64,000 nt of DNA. Source: the human T2T-CHM13v2.0 reference genome, Homo sapiens. The notes beneath the pieces were generated by a model that had not been told where the DNA came from, searched no databases, and saw only the letters and a list, made by a program, of their open reading frames with translations. The stretch lies in the NCBI RefSeq assembly GCF_009914755.1, contig NC_060925.1. One strand, 5' to 3'. This document shows positions 57,899 through 64,000 of this stretch, in pieces (the first letter of the stretch is position 1; each line of letters opens with the position of its first letter). Both the position numbers and the translations under genes were made by a program.

Positions 57899-58334
57899 TG
57901 TAGAGCCTGAGATTTCACTCTGCTTTCCAACTAGCAAGTTTCATCAAAGCTGGCAAAAGACATGAGATCCTGGATCAGAGACAAAGAACTTTGTTATGTC
58001 AATAGTAGTAGACAGAGTATCAACATTTACACCAGTTCCTCAAGTCCCAGTTCCCATAGGGTGATGTGAAGAGCCCAGAGGCATCTTTACACACAATGGG
58101 TTACAGGAGAGGAACCCCAAGCTTAGAGATCTGGAATCTTTTATAATAGGCAGTAAGTCCACTTGACCTTTGCATTGGAGGGAGACGTTATCTTTATTAT
58201 ATCAGAGAGCAAACCAACCTGCCCTTTGTTCTTGAAGGGCACCATCTCTGTCTTCCAAAGCTGTTCAGAAAAACACCCTCTGCTCACAAGACATGCAGAA
58301 ATATGAAAGACCCATGGAAAATTGTATCTAAACA
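57899..58334 (-). mobile_element. MER76-like ERVL LTR
   Basis: Reverse complement begins TGTTTAGATACAATTTTCCATGGGTCTTTCATATTTCTGCATGTCTTGTGAGCAGAGG. Confidence 0.65.
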
Positions 58335-58574
58335 CCTTAACCATGAAATAATGTTACTATGTGTTGATTCCTCTGAAGTATTCTAAATTCAAATCTGGTG
58401 TTTGAAAGGTGTTCTCCTACTAAGGAAACAGTTGTCATTTCAAACAACTTTTGGATTATCTTCTCACACAACTTTTGTGGTTGTCTGTCCCAGCTGAGGA
58501 GTTTTTAAGACCAGTGGATTTCTGGCTGGAATGTTGTCTTGCTTCTTGTTGGTAACCTTGACTGCCAGGCTGAT

Positions 58575-58758
58575 CCAGTTTTATAGTCACTCTGCTAACG
58601 TTCCCTAAACAGGGTGTTCTCCCTGCCTGTGTCACCTACTCTTAATGTTATACAGGATCTCATTCCACTGATCTCCAACTTGGCTGCCACACTCTTTGAT
58701 TGGGTTCGGCACAGCTATTTACTTCTTTGTTCTATTTCAAGTTCTTTTCACATCAACC
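58575..58758 (-). pseudogene. FN3 exon remnant
   Basis: Reads KSVAAKLEISGMRSCITLRVG...DYKT. Confidence 0.5.
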
Positions 58759-60828
58759 CTATATTTTAGACCACAAACCTCGGAGTTATGTCTAATTTTA
58801 CAGTCTTAATTGTTAAGAATATTTGATTCGATTCTTTCATGGGATAAAAGAGGGTATCTTCTCACTTAATTCTCTCTTTCAGTTCTAGAAAGTGCTAAGA
58901 ATACCAACTTGGCTAAGGGAAAGAGGAAATTCTTCCTGTGAAGGTCTCTGTCTCAGAGACATAACCATTATGGTAGCAGCCCGGGTGCTGTGGCTGGGAG
59001 TTGGGTGCTTCTGTCCACTCCAGAAGAACTATGGGCCCCTGGAAGGTGCTTCTCCTCAACCTGCTGTGCACATCAGTGGCAGCCCCACCCCACCCCAGGA
59101 GGACCACCTGCTATGGAGGCTGAGTCCAGCCAGGAGTCCAACCAGCACCTGGATGTTTACCTTTACAGCACCAAGGCAGCTCCCAGGGAGAGGCGAGCTC
59201 TGACTACACCCAGATCCATTCCCCAAGTTCCTCTTTCTTCCCTCCAGCGGATCATTAATCTCCCAGGACACATGCTGCACGCTAATTGTGCTCATAATGG
59301 GAAATGAGTCAGAGAGAAGGGTCACCACTGTGGTGACATGGAGCTACCTTTTTATAGGTACATGGTTTTAATGGGAATGTGAGAAGGAATCACTGCCCTA
59401 AGGCAGCCTCTGGTTTGACTAGCTTGAAACAACCAAGGTTTCTCCCCATTTCAAATTCTAAATTAATTATAGCCTAAGCTTAGCATCTTAGTCAGACTTC
59501 ATTAACCATTCAGTTTGAAGGCCATTACCGACCGCAGAGCATCCGGCTCCACCAGACAGCGGCACATCTGTACTCTCAACTCACGGAGAAAAACTTGAGC
59601 TGCTATCTCATTTCCCTCGGTTAATAGCAAAATAAAGAGTACCCTGGGGGAAGGAGACCTGTCAATGGCAAGATAGGCTCACATCCCATCCGGGCTGGCA
59701 GGGTTTCACTTTTCTCACAGAGCTGCAGGAGGAAGGGGAGCCCTCACTGGGAGCTTTTTCGGGGACTCCAGCTGAGCCTGAGCTCCAGGGCAATGTGGAG
59801 CAGTCCTGAGAAGTTGTCTCAGTTTCACAATTACTTTGTTGCCAGAATGCACAGAAAACTGGGGTGCTCTTATTTCTGCTTTATAAGACTCCTTGTTGTG
59901 AAAAGGGTCTGGGATTCTAGGGATTGGAAAGCAGGTATTGTTGTTGGGAACCAGGAGATTTGAGCTGTAGTCCTGTCCCCACTGCTCACTGACTTCATCC
60001 TTGGATGAGTCACTCAATCTATTAGTTTACTAATTCCTGAGAGGATGTAATTCTTCCTGCCTTGCTTATATCTCAGGGTTGTTGTTGGAGTCTAACTAAA
60101 TAATAGGTTAGTAAATAAGAATGCACTCTGTGAAGTATTGTCTTCCTTATTCTAAGCTGGAGTCCAGAGAGTTGGTTCTGTTTTTAGGACAGGACAGAGC
60201 TGGCTTGCTCAGGGGTTGAGAACAAAGCTACCTGGGTTCTTGGTCTGAAACTATACTCAAGAGCTAAAAAGACTGGTCATGGCATTCTACCTATGGAAGC
60301 TATGTTGTCGTAGAAGTGGAAGAAAAGGGGAGTCTTCCCTGCCTAGCTGTGAGAGCATAGGTAAGCCACCTAAGTAAGCGAGTTTACCAAGGAAGAGAGT
60401 GCAATGAGAAAGAGAAGACAGCAGGCTTGGGAGCAGGAAAGAAGAGAGATGGAATCAAAGGACTGAAAGATAAGGGGCATCCAAGACTACATGGGGTTGG
60501 CTCTGTCCTCAAGCTGTATCTGGAATCCCAATGTTTCTCACCTCTGCTGCCACCTTGCATAGCCATCATCTGCAGAGGTTCCTGAGGGTTGTCATCCCTC
60601 AGGACATGTTGAGGCTCTCATCCTCAACATGTCCTGCCATTTGTTTTTGACACAGAAGTCAGAGTAAGTAGCATTTAGACAGCCCAGTTTCTCACAGAGC
60701 CCTCAGTAGCTCCTTAGTCTACTCAGGGTAAAAGCCAAAGTCTTGACAGAAACCTGTGAGGCCATCCTCTCAGGACTTACCTTTCGCCACTCCCTCCCCT
60801 GTCACCCACCCAGTCATATGAGCTCCCA

Positions 60829-61130
60829 GGTTGATGCAGGCTGTTCTAGGCTATTCCAGGCTGCTCCAGTTTGCTGCAGACCATTCTAGGCTGCTTCAGG
60901 CTAGTCTAGGCTGTTCCAGGTTGATCTAGACTGTTCCAGGCTTTTCTAAGCTGTACCAGGCTGCTCCAGGCTGTTCTAGGTTGTTCTAGGCTGCTCCAGG
61001 CTGTTCTAGGCTGCTCCAGGTTGTTATAAGCTGTTCCAGGCTGCTTCAGGCGCTCCTAAGCTGCTCCAGGCTCTTCTAGGCTGTTCCAGATTGTTCTAGG
61101 CTGTTCCATGCTGTTTTTATGCTGCTCCTT
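60829..61130. repeat. 10-bp-period minisatellite, consensus GGCTG(T/C)TC(T/C)A, ~30 copies, inside an L2
   Basis: ggctgttcta ggctattcca ggctgctcca ... in strict 10-nt register. Confidence 0.95.
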
Positions 61131-63444
61131 AGTCAGTGCCTTAGTCAGCAAACCAACTTTGCTTTTCCCCCCAAACCTCTGGTGATTCCCCAGGAATCAT
61201 TCACATCTTTGCTCTGATGTCATTTTCATAACGAGGCTTCTCACGAAGACCACTGCAAACTCCCCAGCTCTCTACCTACCTATCATTTCCTCTTGCTTGT
61301 CTTTCCCATAGCACTTAACACCTTCTACAATGCCATACCTTTTATTCATTTATTACATTTATTGTTTATTTTCTGTCAGATTCCTCCTCTTCTCACCCCT
61401 CCCAGCCCCTCACTCCCCCACCCTCACCCCTAGAATGGAAATTTTGTGAGGGTGATGGTTTTTTTCTGTCTGTTTCTTTTCACTGATGTATCCCAGGGAC
61501 CCAGAACACTGCTGGGCACATGTTAAGTATTTAATAAATATTTGTGGAGAGTGAATAATTTTGTGGAAGGTAAGAGTAGAGACTGTCTCAAGAAAGATGG
61601 AATTTAACAGTGTCCACACTTCCAAATGCTTCAGAGAGATCAAGGTGAGAGCTGAGATTATATGGTCAGTGTGCACCTTAAATATAGCAGTATCAGTAGT
61701 ATGTTTGGACTGAACAGATTGTGGGGTTGATGAGATGAATAAATGGTATGCAAGTGCAGGCAAGATAAATGTTGACAACTCATCTAGGAAATGCAAGAGT
61801 GAAGGACTGTGAGTAATTTGAATGCTAACGTCTCCAAGGAGGGAGATGTTACTTATCCAGCGTTGATCTAGCAATGATTTAGGGAGCACTGTCTTACAGG
61901 CCACAGCCCAGGGATGTCACCTAAGGTTTTTCTAGGTTAGCAAGGAGCACAGGCTTGGAACTCTTCATCACAACACACACTGTGCTATAAATGTTATACT
62001 GTAGTAGAGTCATATTCATATTTATATTAAATGTTTTTAGGACATAGACCTCTTTAAGAACCTGATAAAGCTATCCGTTGTTTTCTCCTTAGATAAAAAC
62101 ATACAGATGCTCATATACGAAAATCCACACAACATTTTAGGAATTCACAAATCCTTGAGGCCAGCGAGTGGATCCCTGGGGCTCTCTGTGGAAAAGATTT
62201 TCAAAAAAGTATTGTGGGAAGAGGCAAATAAGTAGCAGATCTGTCCTTGGAGAAGGAGGAAGCCTCTGGAGAAGGGGGCGGCTGAGCTGGGCCTTGGAAG
62301 ATGAGCAAAACTTCCTTTCTTGACCCCAGCGTGGGCAGGGCAGGACATAGCGCGCTGAGCCTGTGGACAGGACCTGGGGGATGAGAGCTGTTGAGTCTAA
62401 CTGACTGCAGTCCCTGAGTTTGCACTTTCACTGATGGCTTTAGGCTGAGAGTGGGCTGGGCTCCCTAAGATGGTGTGGTTAAGTGACCTGAGGAGGGCTG
62501 GGCTCCAGCCAGCATCACTGAAGAAGAGTCACCATGGAAGTAAATGGTTTTCATAACCTGGCCAGATCTCTCAACGAGAAAGGGCCCTGGGTAGGACCGA
62601 GGTAGATGTGTCTCTCCATGGGAGGGGTCCCTGCTGTGGGACCACATCTGTTTTGATTTGACTCTCAGGACATGGATTTATTTCGCAGATGTGGCCTTTT
62701 GGTGGGTTCAGCATTTTACTCCCCTGGCAGTCACTGATTTAGAGAGGCTCAGCCGACTCTCTGTGTTTGTTTGGCTTTGAGGAATGGAAAACGTGGTTCT
62801 TTTTAACATCTCTCCCTTCAGCAGGTGGTCTGGGGGTGGAGGCAGGAATGGCCACAGCCTCACAAATAGCTGCTGGTCTTTTCCCATCTTTGTTCCTCTT
62901 TCTCGTTACTCCACTGACAGCCACAGTCCCCTGAGGAGGAGTGAGAACGTTAGAACAATTGAGTTTCTCTGCTCCAGGCCTGTCGGCATCCAATAAGCCA
63001 AGAACTCGACAACTCCGCCTGGTTCTACTTCAGCTGCTGCAAAAGGAGCTGCTGGCAGCGAGGACTACTGGGGCAGAGCTATTCAAGTGAAAGATTTAAA
63101 TCAGCTGGCAGATACTACTTTCTCCTTTCAGCAAGCAAATTCTATGTGTGTGTGCGCACATGTGCCCATACACTCCTTATAATTTGACTTCTGATCTTCC
63201 TATTTTAAATAAGAAGATTCAGGAATTTTCTGATATGTGACATTAAAAAATGATCACAGAAATCATACCCACATTGCCATTGCACTTTACAATTTTTAAA
63301 GTACTTTTATAGCTGTGACTTCATAATGGCCATGTAAAACAAGCAAAGTCGGCATTATAATAACCCAATTTTAGAGATAAGCAAACTGAGATTCCTGGAT
63401 GTAATTTGTCACTATAATATGACCTATAAAAACCCAACATATAC

Positions 63445-63583
63445 TATTCCAAAGCTATTTTTATGTCATCTAAGTCATGCAGTTTGAGGAAAGAGTTCAT
63501 CTTTGCCTATCCAAGTTGAGGTGCTTTATCTTCAAAATCAGGAAGTCCCTTACTATAGAAACTGTCATTGATTTTCAACTGTT
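63445..63583 (-). pseudogene. Possible further upstream exon remnant
   Basis: Acceptor cttctatttcag; ~46 codons with one stop (EQLKINDSFYSKGLPDF...); no clear domain motif. Confidence 0.3.
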
Positions 63584-63910
63584 CTGAAATAGAAGCTGAG
63601 GTCAAACTGCATCCCCAGATTAATCAAGTAAAGAATATTAGTAGCTAATATTTATTTTGAGCTTTTACTATATGCTAGATACTAGTTAATTAACATACTC
63701 ATTTGATCCTCATAGCAACCCTGTTTTATATGTTTTACTAATGAAAGAAAGCTACAAAAAGTTTAAGTAATTTGCCCAAGGACACACAGAATCCATATTT
63801 AAAACCAAGGAGTTTGAGTTCAGAGTCTAAGAGAGCTCAGTAGTTGGGTTGATCAGACAAACCAATAATTCAGAATAGTGGGACTAAGAATGATCTATCC
63901 TGTACTTAGG

Positions 63911-64000
63911 GGCCAGGCATGGTGGCTATCATCTGTAATCTGAGGCTGAGGCTTGAGGATGACTTGAAGCCAGGAGTTTGCCATCAGCTTAGGCAAAGAC
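63911..64000 (+). mobile_element. Alu/FLAM start, truncated by window edge
   Basis: GGCCAGGCATGGTGGC... Confidence 0.75.

Noticed and set aside
60829-61130. CRISPR-like array or p53 response-element array
   Set aside because: Eukaryotic tandem repeat without spacers; only one unit (AGGCTAGTCT) fits the p53 half-site.

Overview
Primate, most likely human, genomic DNA (Alu, L1PA and LTR12C present). I found no intact protein-coding gene; the ORF track is essentially repeat-derived or chance. Roughly half the window is interspersed repeats (Alu, L1, L2, MIR, Tigger/MER DNA transposons, solo LTRs including an intact LTR12C, and a decayed ERVL provirus). The main observation concerns the unique sequence between the repeats. 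On the minus strand it holds a long series of exon-like blocks, many with pyrimidine-tract/AG acceptors and GT donors. Read through stops and frameshifts, these blocks give repeated fibronectin type III (FN3) signatures from about 58.7 kb (perhaps 63.6 kb) down to 12.8 kb. Classical protein tyrosine phosphatase (PTP) motifs follow in the correct order from about 4.8 kb to 0.2 kb. This reads as the fossil of a large receptor-type PTP gene (R3/PTPRB-PTPRQ-like architecture) spanning nearly the whole window. The call is by-eye translation with assumed frameshifts and needs a frameshift-aware HMM or cross-species alignment to confirm. Repeat subfamily names are from memory of consensus sequences, and boundaries of old repeats are approximate.
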